A stretch of DNA of 64,000 nt from contig NOWV01000220.1 of the NCBI GenBank assembly GCA_003344405.1, positions 1-64,000 on the forward strand, given 5' to 3'. The notes below the pieces were generated by a model that ran no database searches, was not told the origin of the DNA, and worked only from the letters and a program-made list of their open reading frames with translations. Position numbers and translations under genes: made by a program. Numbering within the stretch: position 1 is the stretch's first letter; each line of letters begins with the position of its first letter. Positions 1 through 13,500 of this stretch are shown in pieces. Source of the DNA: Trichoplax sp. H2. Lineage: Eukaryota.

Positions 1-3000
1 TTATGAATACCAATTTATAAATTTTCATACTCGTTGAGACTTAAATTCTAGATAAAAGATATTCGTACATCCTTTATATGCAGCCTCTACATAATAAGGC
101 ATTTTTTCAATATGAACAAATGATGAAAATGACAGCTGAAGTACAGCAATTTAATTTCCTCGAATAATAGCATTCTAAATCAATATTAGTCTTAAAATGT
201 TTATTATATATGAAAATGAATTAAAACCGTGATTTAAATTAAAATACCCAAAATTTGAAGATACCCACATTCCTTTAATAAGTTGACTACGAATGTTGTT
301 AGAACAAAAATGAATCTAATGCCTTATCCATATTACTAACTAGTGTCTGGTTTTAAAATTTTAAGTTTTTAGTAATCATGTTAGAAGACAAAAGTGAGTG
401 CATTTATATGAGTTTGAAAAGCGTTTATATCCGAAAGAATCATGATAAGTTATGCTGATTAGATGCAATCTTTTAAAATTTAATAAATTTCCAAGAATGC
501 ATACGAATTTAACACTAAATGCGCTTTAGCAAAAGTGCAATGTTAGATTAGATGTGACGAAAATCGTTCACTATAAATATATAACATATATATGAACGTG
601 ACCGTATGCGAAATCGGTCATTTTGCAAACTGCCCTATGTAAATGTATTAAACAATATTTTAATAAGGGAAATATTGTTAATATTAATGAGCTCTTTATT
701 TTAGAAATTACCGTAAAAATATAATTCAGTTTTCAGTATCTTATGGAAGTTACTCTAGTCGTATTTGGAAAGATTCCCGCTGGGATAGTCTCTTAGAGAA
801 TTAACTAAGGCTATTTTAGCTTCATTTGATGTGCTTATTTGATATATTATCGACTAAAGATGCATGTTGACGACCAGATGCTGCCTTTTGTAAAAATGTC
901 TAAAAAACTGATTTGTTACTAAAGGATAGCAAATTTGCTGCTCTATCTGTTATTATCTTTTTAATGTAATTTAAAGACTAACATGAAGAAATGGTACCTA
1001 AACAAAATTTTTAAATTAAATTTTTGTACGCGTTATTTAAGATTACAAGCTTTAACAATCATAGCCTAAGCAAAAAATAAAATATTATTTTGGATATTAG
1101 GCAATTAAAGCATTAAGATAAAAATGTAGCCTAAAGATTCGAGAAGTTTATGGTTCGTTATGCAGTATGTGTTTTCTCGTACCCAGTTCTCTAGCTAAGA
1201 TTACCACATAATCAAGCTAGCGATATTACTTGTATCTTAATCGTACCTTCTACTGAGTTTAAGATTTCTATTTTATCGATTTTTTGCTATAATAAGACCA
1301 TTAAAAGATCTACTGCGCCCTAATTCCTATACTATAAATAATGTAAAATTGGTTTATGATAAATGATATTTTTTCAAAGAGTGAGACAATTGAATATTTT
1401 AGTCATTTATTCATTTTCAACTTTTATTTCCGCTTTTTTAATCCATTATTGTAGGAGCTCGCTAAGAATAACGACGGAATTGCATTACTTATGCCTTTGA
1501 TGCATACTCGCGGATTTTGATCTTTGAAGAGTAGGATATGAATACTGATATATACCGTAACAGGTAAGACTTTACTCTCACACTTAATCTGCTAAATTAG
1601 TACAACTTTGGTAGGATAGGGAACTGCAGCCGTTCAACAAGCATTTTCAAGTAGAAACAGGATAGCAGGACGTGTCGTTGTTATTTTAATTTAATATGAT
1701 CATAAATAATAACACAGTTCGTTACTGTCTGTATTTACTCTTGCTCGCTCATTAAATATATTTTGGAAGTAAATAATGAAAAGGAAATTGCATAGTTACC
1801 AGGGTTTATTGACCGAAACTTAAATTTTGCAGGGATAAGCGTATAGCATCTACATGGGTAAAATAGGAAGTAATCTCGTGCAATTGTACCCAGGGTGCCA
1901 AAGTGTGTTTACTAAATTATCATTTTACACTGCTTAATTTTTTCTTTCCCCATCTTAGTGAAAGATCGTGAAAAACTCCAATACAGATTAAGGTAGAAGA
2001 TTTGTAAAATAATACGATTTAAAAATGATCTCGGGCATCAATAATTTAACTGAAGCTAAAAATCTCCTAGCTATGTGTTATGGAATTGATTTTGTTATGA
2101 TATTAATTTTTGTGAAATATTGAAAGAGTATAGAAAATTTCGCTGTAATTTTGTCCGCGCAAAGATAGGTTAAATCTATATCCAAAGAATATTCGGATTT
2201 TAAAATAAATTACATTTTTAATAGTTTGTCGTTATCGAAATTTGTTCTGGTTCAAAGGTATTAAGTAAGTATTAGAAGAATGTTACATAAAGTCATCATA
2301 GGGTAGAAATTAATACTAAATATTAATTGAAAAGCACTAGATAGTCGATTCACAAGAAAAAGAAGTAAAAGTCAAAATTATAGGCAGAATGAAAGTAATA
2401 CATTCTATTTATTCTCATGATTTCGCATAGCTATATCTTATGTTAAATATGGCATTCGACTTACCTTAATCGATTTACGGGCAATGAGATGATAGTAGCT
2501 CAGATCAAATTAAATTGGAATGTAATAATTACGAACTAGTACTTGATTGTAGAAGAATACCTAAAATGGCAATAATCAATGCGGAATTTGTAGCGACACG
2601 GTAAAAAATTTATTAGAAAAGAAATTTTGAAACAATATCAATTTACTTCAGATGTTATGTGGCTGTTGTAGCTGCCTGCGAGAAATGGGCAGCTAATGTA
2701 AAGCAAAGGCGGTATTTATCTTTTAAGTAATGGTTCTAAAATAATAAGTGTTCTATTGAGTAACATAATCAAGCATAATTATGCTTTCTTTAAGTCATTT
2801 CCTTGTTCGCTGCCCACAATGGCTATGATGACCTAAATTTGCCATTCTTATTAATTTCTATTCGTTGTTCCTCCTATTTTATACGGTATTATAGAGAGCG
2901 ATAATCAATTAACTCTAATTATTTCATTTATGCTATTGGTTGGTGAATCAAGGGTAAAAGTAATAACTTAAATAATAATCATGTCTGTCTTGTATTATTT

Positions 3001-6000
3001 TAAGATTGACAACTGCATTAATTGGATATTAGTATTGTCGTATAATTGATGATATAAATAAAGTGAAAAGACATTATTTATGAGGTATCATTAACAACTG
3101 TGAATAAGTAACAAGAAATTTGCTTCTATCAAACTGTTGCTGAAGAATTTTATTCTCGATAAGTTAATGATTAACTACGGTTGAAAATTAAGGCGTTAAC
3201 AAAATAAATTATATGAGCGCAATAATCGAATCATTAGCTCATTAGTCAATTCAAACGACTTTTAAGCTGCATATGGTCAGTAACGGTTTTGTTTTAGTAT
3301 TTTTCACAATAAAATTGGATAAAATAATATTGTTTATAGACTTCAAGTCAATTGTAGTCATCTCCATATTGTCCTATTTAGACGGCTAATATGATATAGA
3401 ATGTCACTGATTGATACCATTTAAACTGTTAATTAATGTCGCTAATTTCATTCTAATCGTTATAGTACCGAACTTCATATTTACTTTGAACAATAATAAT
3501 TGTCATTTTTTTTTAAATTGGTAAATACAACACGCCATTGCAAGAACTGTAAAGAGAACGATTTACCTCATAGGAAGATTTGAATAAGGAAAATAACAAT
3601 GCAAGCGTAATTAAGATGGATACGATTACTAGAGTTAAAAATCTATCTGATTCTCTTACTAATTAGGCGAAGTAAGAGTAATAATATAAGCGTGTGTTAT
3701 TCGATTTTGTGTATTCACGGGAAATAATTTTCTCAAGAGTGGTATGAAATGAGGTTACCGGTATAATATTTTGAATACAGGTGTACCACAAACCTATTGA
3801 AACCGCTTTCCTTATATTTAGACAATACCACGGATTTAAGTTAGGTATTATCCTGATGCAATGTTATCATCGTGAAATAAGTAGATGAATTACTAATATA
3901 TCCATCTGCTTCGAACAATCAATTTTATATGCTACAGGAAGTTATCCATTATTTTTCTTGTAAAATAAATATATTTTAAGTAATAAGAAATATTAACTAC
4001 AATAATAGTACTATGTCTGCAGAGAAGTATTTCCGACTGTTATTATAAAATAAAATTGAATTTTCGGATAATAATAGGTTTTAGAAAATCGTCCTTAAAG
4101 TTAATGCAGAGTATTCCAAATGATGGCTAATGAATTGATTTATGTGTAGTACCGTATTTGTGTCTATCATAGTCTTGACAACAAAGGCGTTTTGGCGCAT
4201 AACTTTTTTCGAAATTGTTCCATTCACTATTACATTTTCATCCGCATCATCCAATAACAATAACAATAAAAGTAAATATGAACGTCATCAAAATCAAAAG
4301 ACTGAATCAGAAAGAATAGCAAGAGATGATTATCGCTAGTTAGAACGGATCTAGATTCCCTAGCATTTTAAAAATAGCGTAAATATTAAGTTGATTCTGT
4401 TTGCAGACTACCAGTTATGATAAAAAATAAGTCATATCCTATAAATTATTAAAGCACTACTCGTTTGATAGTAGAAGATACCTTTATATCTAGTTTATAA
4501 ATCAAAGATTGAAAAATTGAATAACGTTAATTGTGTTATTATGTCTGCTACTTAGATTAGGAATTCCATCATCAACATTATGTTAAAATTAGTTATGCTT
4601 AATTGGAAGTTGATTTTTTCATTAATTCAGTTAATTATATCATTATATTTTGGCTCCTCATTTCAAACAATGTCATCATCTCGTTCTTTAACAATTTCAA
4701 TATGAGGTTAATAATATTAGGAATGATCATAGCAAACACCTTTTAATTATTCAACCTAATAAAAATGTCCTGATTGATTGAAGCATATTTCATATCACGT
4801 ATCCTTGACAACGGATATATTGTTATTTTTATTGTTAGTCTCGATCAAGTACCAAGCAAGCACTGAAGACAGAAATCCCCAAAAATATTTGCTTCAGCTT
4901 CCATTGATTCTTCTATTCAATTTCAAAGGCAGAGGGCCTATTTAATTTTAGGTTAATTTGCAATAAGTAATAATAAATCAATTGCCTACTGGATAATATT
5001 CTGGTGCTCATTAATGTAGATTTGTAAGCGTAGTAATAATTCTCTATCTCAATTGAGAGTAAAATGAATGCTAGACAAACTCATTTAAGCAGTACTTGTA
5101 AGACGTAATTTGACGTTTACAAATCTATAGCACGATATGCTAACAATGGTCATAAGTACATAATGGTACTTTTAATTTCCAACGTTGTACGGCTCCCAGG
5201 ATCGCATTATCAATTTCTAGATATGGCTTTCTATATATTAGGAGATTATTTTTAGCTGTAACAATTTCTAATACATGAAATTATTTAATCCTGACTCTTT
5301 AATTTTTAAAATAATTTTATTCTTGCATGTATTTACCGCTTACCACTAACGATGTCACGATACATAATTAGTAAGAGAAGGGCTAGTATTATAATTGTGA
5401 GAAATCATTTAATCAGCTGAGAACAATAGTCATAAACGTGACCTTGGTAATTAAACTAGCAATTAATAAAGCTGTTCGCAAGAAAGATTATTTTGACCAT
5501 TAGAGCATATTTATTGCATCGTGCTATTGTCGGGTTAAGAGCTCATTCATTCTATTTGCAGAGCCTTGTTGCTTAAAATAACTGAAGCAAATAAAATGCA
5601 TAATTACTTAGGGCAATTTTACGTATCTTATATTTGTTGAAACGTAACATATTTATCACGCTTTACTTTCTCCTAAAGAAATTCGATTACGAAAAATATT
5701 ACATCTTATTTAATTGGTGTATTAAAAAATATTTTTGATCCGGTTGATTGAGTAATTAACTCTGTTAAAAGTACTATGAACTAAACACATAAAATGACAC
5801 GTTTCCGATTGTGCATCTAAAGATAGAAATGAGGTGAACCTTCAAAATTTTTTTAACAACTTGATTTAAGCTCTAATTTCGTTTACTCTTTTGCTTAAGA
5901 GCGAGTAAGAAACTGGTTTAAATTAGTTCAAGATTACTATGTAGCTCTATATCTAGCGCTAGATCTTAGAGATCTGCCAAGAAGAAAATATTTGGAGTCG

Positions 6001-6473
6001 GTAGAAACTCATGGTTTAGGATAATAATTAAAATTACGGCATTACCGATACCCCTTTCGTGTATAAATTCACTCCATACTAATAACAAATTCAGAATATC
6101 ATTAGAACTTCAAAATTATTTCCTTTCAGCTTTACGAAACTGACTCCCAGATGTTCTAAAACAGCAATTTGATAAATGCTTATTAAACTATAAAATCCTT
6201 AACCTAGGAAATGAAAAATTTCATTTTTATTTTAATTGATATTTAACTTGTGAGATAATTCTGATCATTTTTCTAAGATCTAGAAGTAGGATTTATGCAG
6301 GTTTATTTCCAGAATAAACGTATAGAGCAATATTAGCTTTGCGATAAGTTATGTTTAGCTACTCAGACTATAAATAGTTTAAATCTGCAAATGTTGTAAT
6401 TTTTTATAGATATTATGGAAAGTGTGTCAAAGCAACATCATTGTAACGATAACTATTAACATTAACGTCGACC

Positions 6474-6683
6474 AAGTTAGCTAAACATGTTATAATCAAA
6501 TTATCTTTACAAAGTTATTTTTATAAAAAATTCATCAATATAGTAACTAGGGTAAGTTATATAGTTTCTAATGAATATGTGGTAGATATGGCATGATACG
6601 TAAAGATGATTGCATTCTTAATGCCATAATTCTGGGAAAATTGACTTGGAACTTAATTAATTTATCCCGTAGAAATTTTTATT
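6474..6683 (+). repeat. ~210-nt segment duplicated on the other side of the assembly gap (copy 1)
   Basis: aagttagctaaacatgttataatc...cccgtagaaatttttatt recurs at 7317-7526 with about 6 substitutions. Confidence 0.9.
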
Positions 6684-7296
6684 TATAACAATGTTACAGT
6701 GTTAAATACTGTATTACAGTAGAAATAACTATGTTAGGATAATTTTGTTAGACTATCCTTATTTAGTTAACTTCTAATTTGGATATACTGTATTTTAATA
6801 TAGCACTGACTTTTTATGACAGTGACACTTATACACATACTGAAATTATAATGGTTATAATAGGGAATGCAAATCATCTGCTTACAGTTCGAATCATTGT
6901 GATTGTAATTTACTTATGATAGACTGTAAATTATCATGGAAATGTTCCGTGATAGGACATATCGTAATCTGACTATTCTGTATTAGTTATTACATGTCTA
7001 TGTTCGTAAATACTGTTATCTGCATTAAGAGAGCAGTAGCTAAAATTAATATCTAATTCAGTAAATGATTCTAATGTTAATTGTATTAACTATGACTCAT
7101 GAACTATTGAGGAATAGTATATAAATGCAGTATATCGTGAAATAAAGAAGAATTGTCCAACTTAGTGTTTAACGTAAAATACGAGGCGTTTAAGTCTTTG
7201 TGTAGTCTGCTAGTAGAGCAAAAGTGCTCGTGATAGTGCAGATATCGTTCCTTGATACGTAGTTCAAGGAATTGACTTATTGATCGTAGATTACGT

Positions 7297-7316
7297 NNNN
7301 NNNNNNNNNNNNNNNN
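7297..7316. other. assembly gap (20 N)
   Basis: run of n characters. Confidence 1.
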
Positions 7317-7526
7317 AAGTTAGCTAAACATGTTATAATCAAATTATCTTCGCAAAGTTATTTTTATAAAAAATTCATCAATATAGTAACTAGGGTAAGT
7401 TATATAGTTTCTAATGAATAAGTGGTAGATATGGCATGATACGTAAAGATAATTGCATTCTTAATGCCATAATTCTGGGAAAATTGACTCGGACCTTAAT
7501 TAATTTATCCCGTAGAAATTTTTATT
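7317..7526 (+). repeat. ~210-nt segment, copy 2, starting exactly at the gap edge
   Basis: near-identical to 6474-6683. Confidence 0.9.
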
Positions 7527-10500
7527 ATTGTCATTATCATTAGGTCAATATTGCAAGTACTTATTACAATTTTCGCCCCAGAGTGATTTAAAGTTGAGTT
7601 ATAGTTAATATTTCTCGACTAAACTTCAATTTAGTAATGGTTATAGATTACTGTCCCAAAAAATTTTAAGGCTTTACTCAGTGAAGACTTATCTCCTTTA
7701 TTAAAGTCCAAGAATGCAGACATGAAGGGTGTAGGAGAGTTTAGAGTCTTCATTCAGAAGGAAACCTAAAATGTGCTAATCGGAATCGTAATATGTATAT
7801 GATTAAATTAATAATCAATTTTACCACTAATATTTTACCGAAATGTTTATGCTACATGGCTAATGAACTATAATACAAGCTAGATAATTCAGAAATGATG
7901 CTGTTTTAATTATGTTATGCGCAATATAAGCGGATATATTCTGGAAACTTTTGCTAATCGGTTTTATTGCTCTCCCATTACATCTTTAAAGGTTGATCTT
8001 ACAGGTTATAATCGCCTAACACTGGGATACATCCGCTTCTAGTTATCGCAAATATGAAAATATTAATTGTTTGCTAATGTTGATGCCTAACTGCTTAGAA
8101 AGCGGCAGAGCTAAAATTTTTCCTTCTTTGATTACAATCAAAAATCTGAGAGCTAAAGCATAGCATTAAGCATTTCAAGCAGGCAAGATATTTGTGGCAT
8201 CATGAGTAAAGCTTTCCTCTTTTCTTGTAGATATATGTAGGGCTTATAATTTTCGGTTACTGCTTAATAATGATTTTGTTTACTTGGCTAATATACGTAA
8301 ATATCTTGCTGAAAGTAAAAGCAAGCTATGCTATATCTTGCAAGATTTCTGTATCATTTGATAAAATATTTCTTAAATCTATTAAATGCAGCCATAACAT
8401 TCTTATATGTTTATCAGCGATTCGCGTAGATTGATCAGGACGGCTTTAGACTCCCACTGGCAAAGTTTCTGTATCAAAATCTATCTTAGCAGTCATATTT
8501 CTAGTAAAACTTTAATGATCTATAGAATACTTAAAAAATCTCGAGGTTTGCTCTGCATTTCAATTAGCTAGTTCAAAACTTAGGTTATGGTTAGACACTT
8601 TTCATAGGTTGAAATCTAGATCTTGACGTAATAGTACATTAAAGCAATATTTTATATCATATATTATCTTTTTTGCCCATATGTGATGATTATCACGGTA
8701 AATAATTGTTATGTGTTTGCATAAGACATCATCTGTTAATGGATTTGTCTTCGGGAAAACATTAAAGTCTTTGTAGCATGTTACATCATTGCATGGTTAT
8801 GATGCCTTTCCTTGGTGTTTGTTGCAACTGAATCTGTTTCTTTCCGTTATGTTCATAATAAAAGATAGTGTCTATAGAGTTAATTAAATAAATAATCCCC
8901 GCATGAATCATTCACTATTTATGAATTCACTCCAAAGACTATCGATCTATGACTTGGCCTTTACGGTAGATGTCTTGCCGCACTTATTTTCGATTCGTAA
9001 ATTGAAAGTAACGTTCTCATTATCATAATCACTTCATTACTTCCTAGAAAAGAATAAAATTGATAGCAGAAATATCATTATAGTAATAGTAAAAGACTAT
9101 TACTTGGTCATTACACATACCTATCGAAACTTTAACTCAAAATTAGTCCTACAATTAGATATTATTTGATAGCCGTGTTCGTAAATCAGTAGAACGTACT
9201 ACCGTAATTAAGCTGACAGTCACTAGCTAAGAACTATCTTAGTAAAAGAAATGATATTAAAATTGCAATTTACTTGAGTCAGATAAATCTTACTAAATGC
9301 ATTACTTCCAAGCTTTAAATTTGAAAGTTGATTTTGAAGATATTCGATAAATTTTTATGCTTTATTAAAATACTACAACAAAATCGAAGGAAATATGACA
9401 TCTTATAGATAATTACTCTCACATAAGTTCGTGCAATCTAATAAAGATAAAAATATCCTAAATTTTCGTCGTAGGAAAACATCAGATTTATACTATGCCC
9501 GACACGTGTAGGAATAATGTGGCTAGCGGATAGAAGCTAATTTTCTTGCTTCTTGCTTCATAATTAAACTGGTATGGACAACTCTTCTCAATTGATTTTG
9601 CTAAAAAGAAAGCAATATTTCCTAATTTCATAAATTACTAAAGAAAATATTGCAAAGACATTATTTATGTATTTTATGATACTATTATCAGCTACTGCAA
9701 TATGATCAGAATTACAATATTACAGATGATAAAAAATATTTCGCTATCTGGGGTAATTCAAAATAAAAAGAATGTTGATATTCGCAAGAAAAAGGATTCT
9801 CTTTAGTCACAGCCGTTGCAAAGTAAATAAACTATGAATATCTATATTTTGCAAGCGCAGGTAGTAATTAGTCTATTAAATTATGGATCAGTGATACACT
9901 GTATAGTGTATTCATAGTATATTCAATTTTTATTTCATATCGAATTTTATTTAATTTTCGAATAGTGAAGCTCCATAATTTCACAAAGTTGCTAATTAGA
10001 CATGGAGAAATCATTCAATTAACGTTATTTTCGATAAATCATGAAACAGAACTGCGTGAATTAAATTAGATTTCATAGTACCGGTGCGCAATTTAAATAG
10101 TAAATAAGTAATTAAAACTATTGAGTCATTTTCTCTAGCTATATATATTTCATATTAATAAGATGAAAGTTAGACAATATCATTGGCCATCGTAATTAAT
10201 AAACACTTTACACTACATTATTATATTGTTTTTAGCTATAAATCAATGCTACTCTGTATCATAATAATTACTAAAATAGTCCTTTATCATTGAAAAGCTT
10301 TATCTTCAAAATTATAGAAAGATATGAGAATTTCGACAGCGAGATCCTCGGCTAGATCGTATAATTTCTTAATGTAATGATTTAGTGGACTTACCGTACT
10401 GTATCTACACATGTATTTCAATAGAAAATAATAAATTAAAAAATATGTAATTTCCATTAGCTATTAAGTTCATATTCTCTCGTTTGTTTGCTACACTTAT

Positions 10501-13500
10501 TTAATGAATCCGTACCATATTTTTTATTTATTTTAGGAAATAGAAACCTATGATTGCAGGATATAAGTAATATTTACTACGTACAAATATGTTCTCTGCT
10601 CTCTGACGAGTCTATCTACCTGTATTTCAATCTTTTCTATGAATGGATTGAGCCTCGTACATTACCTTCATTACTTTACGGAACTGAAGTGATCATGGAG
10701 ATAACTACCAATCTTGATACATATCGAAAGGATACTTTGCAGTTTCCCAGAAGCTATTTAATTTTATCAGTTAGTAAAAAAATTTCCGTGACTATTCCTA
10801 TGAAGTAACTGAATAATAAAACTTATAAGATCGATGTAATTTACTAATACCATATGCAAATTACAATAGTTATTATTTTGATTAATTATTCTGATAACTA
10901 GTCTAATTTAAGAAGCAAGTGACGATCTAAATAACAAGGCATTGGAAAATACAATAGATATACCAGTTAGGGTTGAATGACGCATGTTTTCATGAAGATT
11001 TAAAGCAAATACATCAAAATCTGTACATAAATTAGGTTATGCGTATGCTATTATTATGTATAGCTCTCTGTCCCATTTTTATAATTTAATATTGTATTGG
11101 GTATACTATGCATAATTTATAGGATGTTGTAATGGTAATACCCTCACTTAGCATAATTACTACGAATACATCCATGAGATAGTGATAAGACACAGCCTCT
11201 AGTTGTACAGGTATTACTCACTATAATTATCCCGTCTATGCCATAAAGCTAAAATAATAGAAAGTATGTTACAGTTCTGCAACTTTTCTTGGCTCATAGA
11301 TCAAGACCAACATAGATAGTATCCAACATTATGTAGGATAAGCCAGCTGCTATAACCTACTTTGACGTTTAATACTTATGTCCGATTTAGTGATCCAGCA
11401 CTCTCTTCTTGAATAAATTGCAGTATGTATCTGTTCATTCAGTTTAATATGCCAATACTCCCTTTTGCTCTTTCCTAGTAACGGTAGGCATTAGCATTCG
11501 TTTGTATCAAAGCTGTAAAAATCGTAATGCTAGACGTATAATTGGAATACATATCAATTAAATATAGCCAGAAATACTTATTGATTTATTGAAGCAAGAT
11601 AACCTAATTTCTATTCTATTTTATGTTAAATATTGCATTCTGATTAGATAATATTTATATACCATCTAATGATGCCGATTAAGCAAAGTCATATATTATC
11701 CAAAGAAAGACCAAGCATAATCAGAATTTTGCTGGGATAAGAGCTATATTTGTTTCTAAAAAGAGCATTCTACTCGACGTTGCGGATGTAATCTAGTATG
11801 GGATCTAGCTTTAATATCATTAATGTAATTATATTTTCAAAGTCTTATTAAGTATTACTAGCAAAATATCCGATTTAATGAAATAGTGGTTATGAATAAA
11901 GTTGCAAATTAGTTTATGTTTGTTTTTTCTTGTTGTTAACTAATACATTCGAAATCAAATGTAAGATTAATTCGTAGATATATGTAGTATGCTAGTAGCT
12001 TTATCAAATAGACGCAAATATTAACATTGCGGTAATACACTTTTCAACAGTTTATAACGATAAGCTTCTGTTTTCAAATTTTGAATTCATTTCTAACTTA
12101 CGATAATTTCACATCTTAAGACAGCGTAAATTATATGATTACCTTTATTGCATAATAATTCTGTTTACATGAAAGATAATGAACGATAGTATGCCCGTGA
12201 ATAGCATGACATATCCTATTAGAATATCATGCTGACTAAAGTAGAAATTTCAAGTTAGTTCAAGATCATGCCTGTAATATCAAGTTTTAAAAATATTCAC
12301 AAAGATATCCAATAGAAATTTTTACGTATAAATAAAATCAGTAACTGTCATAGTAAAAAATATAATGATCATCATACAGGGCGTTTTATATAAGGGATAG
12401 ATTTATCTTATTTGAAGTGTAACTGTTTTTATTCGTAATCATGACTATTTTGCATTCAGATCAGAAAGTATTATTGCATTTTCTGATTTTCTGATCCTTT
12501 TTATCGTTATCTGGGTATTCTTATTAGATCCATAGTCATTCAAATTTTTTAGTTTCTTCAATGAATGAATTTACCAACTATACGAAGCAGGATATGCCGG
12601 TTCAGGTTTTAGCGTCTGTTGAACTGCGAAAATTTTATACTGATATACTTCTTCCTTACAAGTATTAAGCTAAATCGCACAGAAAAGTAATGATATGTGT
12701 ATAGTATATAGGATGGTACATGAAAGATCGTTTAGATATGATTAAGTCTGATCTTGTTAGCAGTATATCCTAAACAGTTTTGGGCATAATCCGATTGCTT
12801 GTTTACTACTTTTAATTCACGCCTTTTCAAAATAATTTTGTGGCCAGATTTACTCTCTAGCAATATGATTCAAAGATATCAAACGATTTGATATTGTAGA
12901 AGCCATTCTAAAAGATGACTTTATTTTGTTTCACAAGGAACATAAAATACGGTTTATGTAATACATCAATCGTAAAATTGAAGCTCTGTGATAATATTAT
13001 TTTAATGTATGTCAACATCTGGCGAAAAATAGTCGCCTATAGCCACGCTTTGCAGGCAAGCAAAGATTATCTAGTTTGGTAAAGATTATTTTCAAGTATT
13101 GTTTTGCGTATATTACAAAAGAGCTCTTCATCGAAATATAATTATTATTGCAGGATATTAGATTTAAAAATAAATAAATTGCAGTCTCTCTGTCATTACG
13201 TAGAAAATTGTATGTATCCTCTTTAAGACTTTGTTGCTGGTTGTAACGGTTCCTGGTAAATTATAGATGTTTTACTAACCTAGAATATGACGACATATAC
13301 GGATAAAAACAATTCTAATTCTTTTATTATCATTTCATTTTTCATATCAAACAATTGTTTACATGGAAGATTGTACAATTATCTTTCTGATTATATTTAT
13401 TTGTACGAACTGGGTAAAATTTACGAGTACCTTAGCTAATTTTCAGATCCGCAAATATCAAAAGACAGGAAGACAGACTACAATATCAATCTAGAAGACT

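Noticed and set aside
4081..4339. Overlapping short ORFs including an Asn run (61 aa -, 65 aa +)
   Set aside because: No recognisable domain or exon chain; expected by chance in AT-rich DNA
7248..7270. Small hairpin ttccttga...tcaaggaa just before the gap (similar short inverted repeats near 9890, 12200, 13845, 17055)
   Set aside because: Stems of 7-9 bp are common by chance; no RNA-gene or transposon TIR/TSD context
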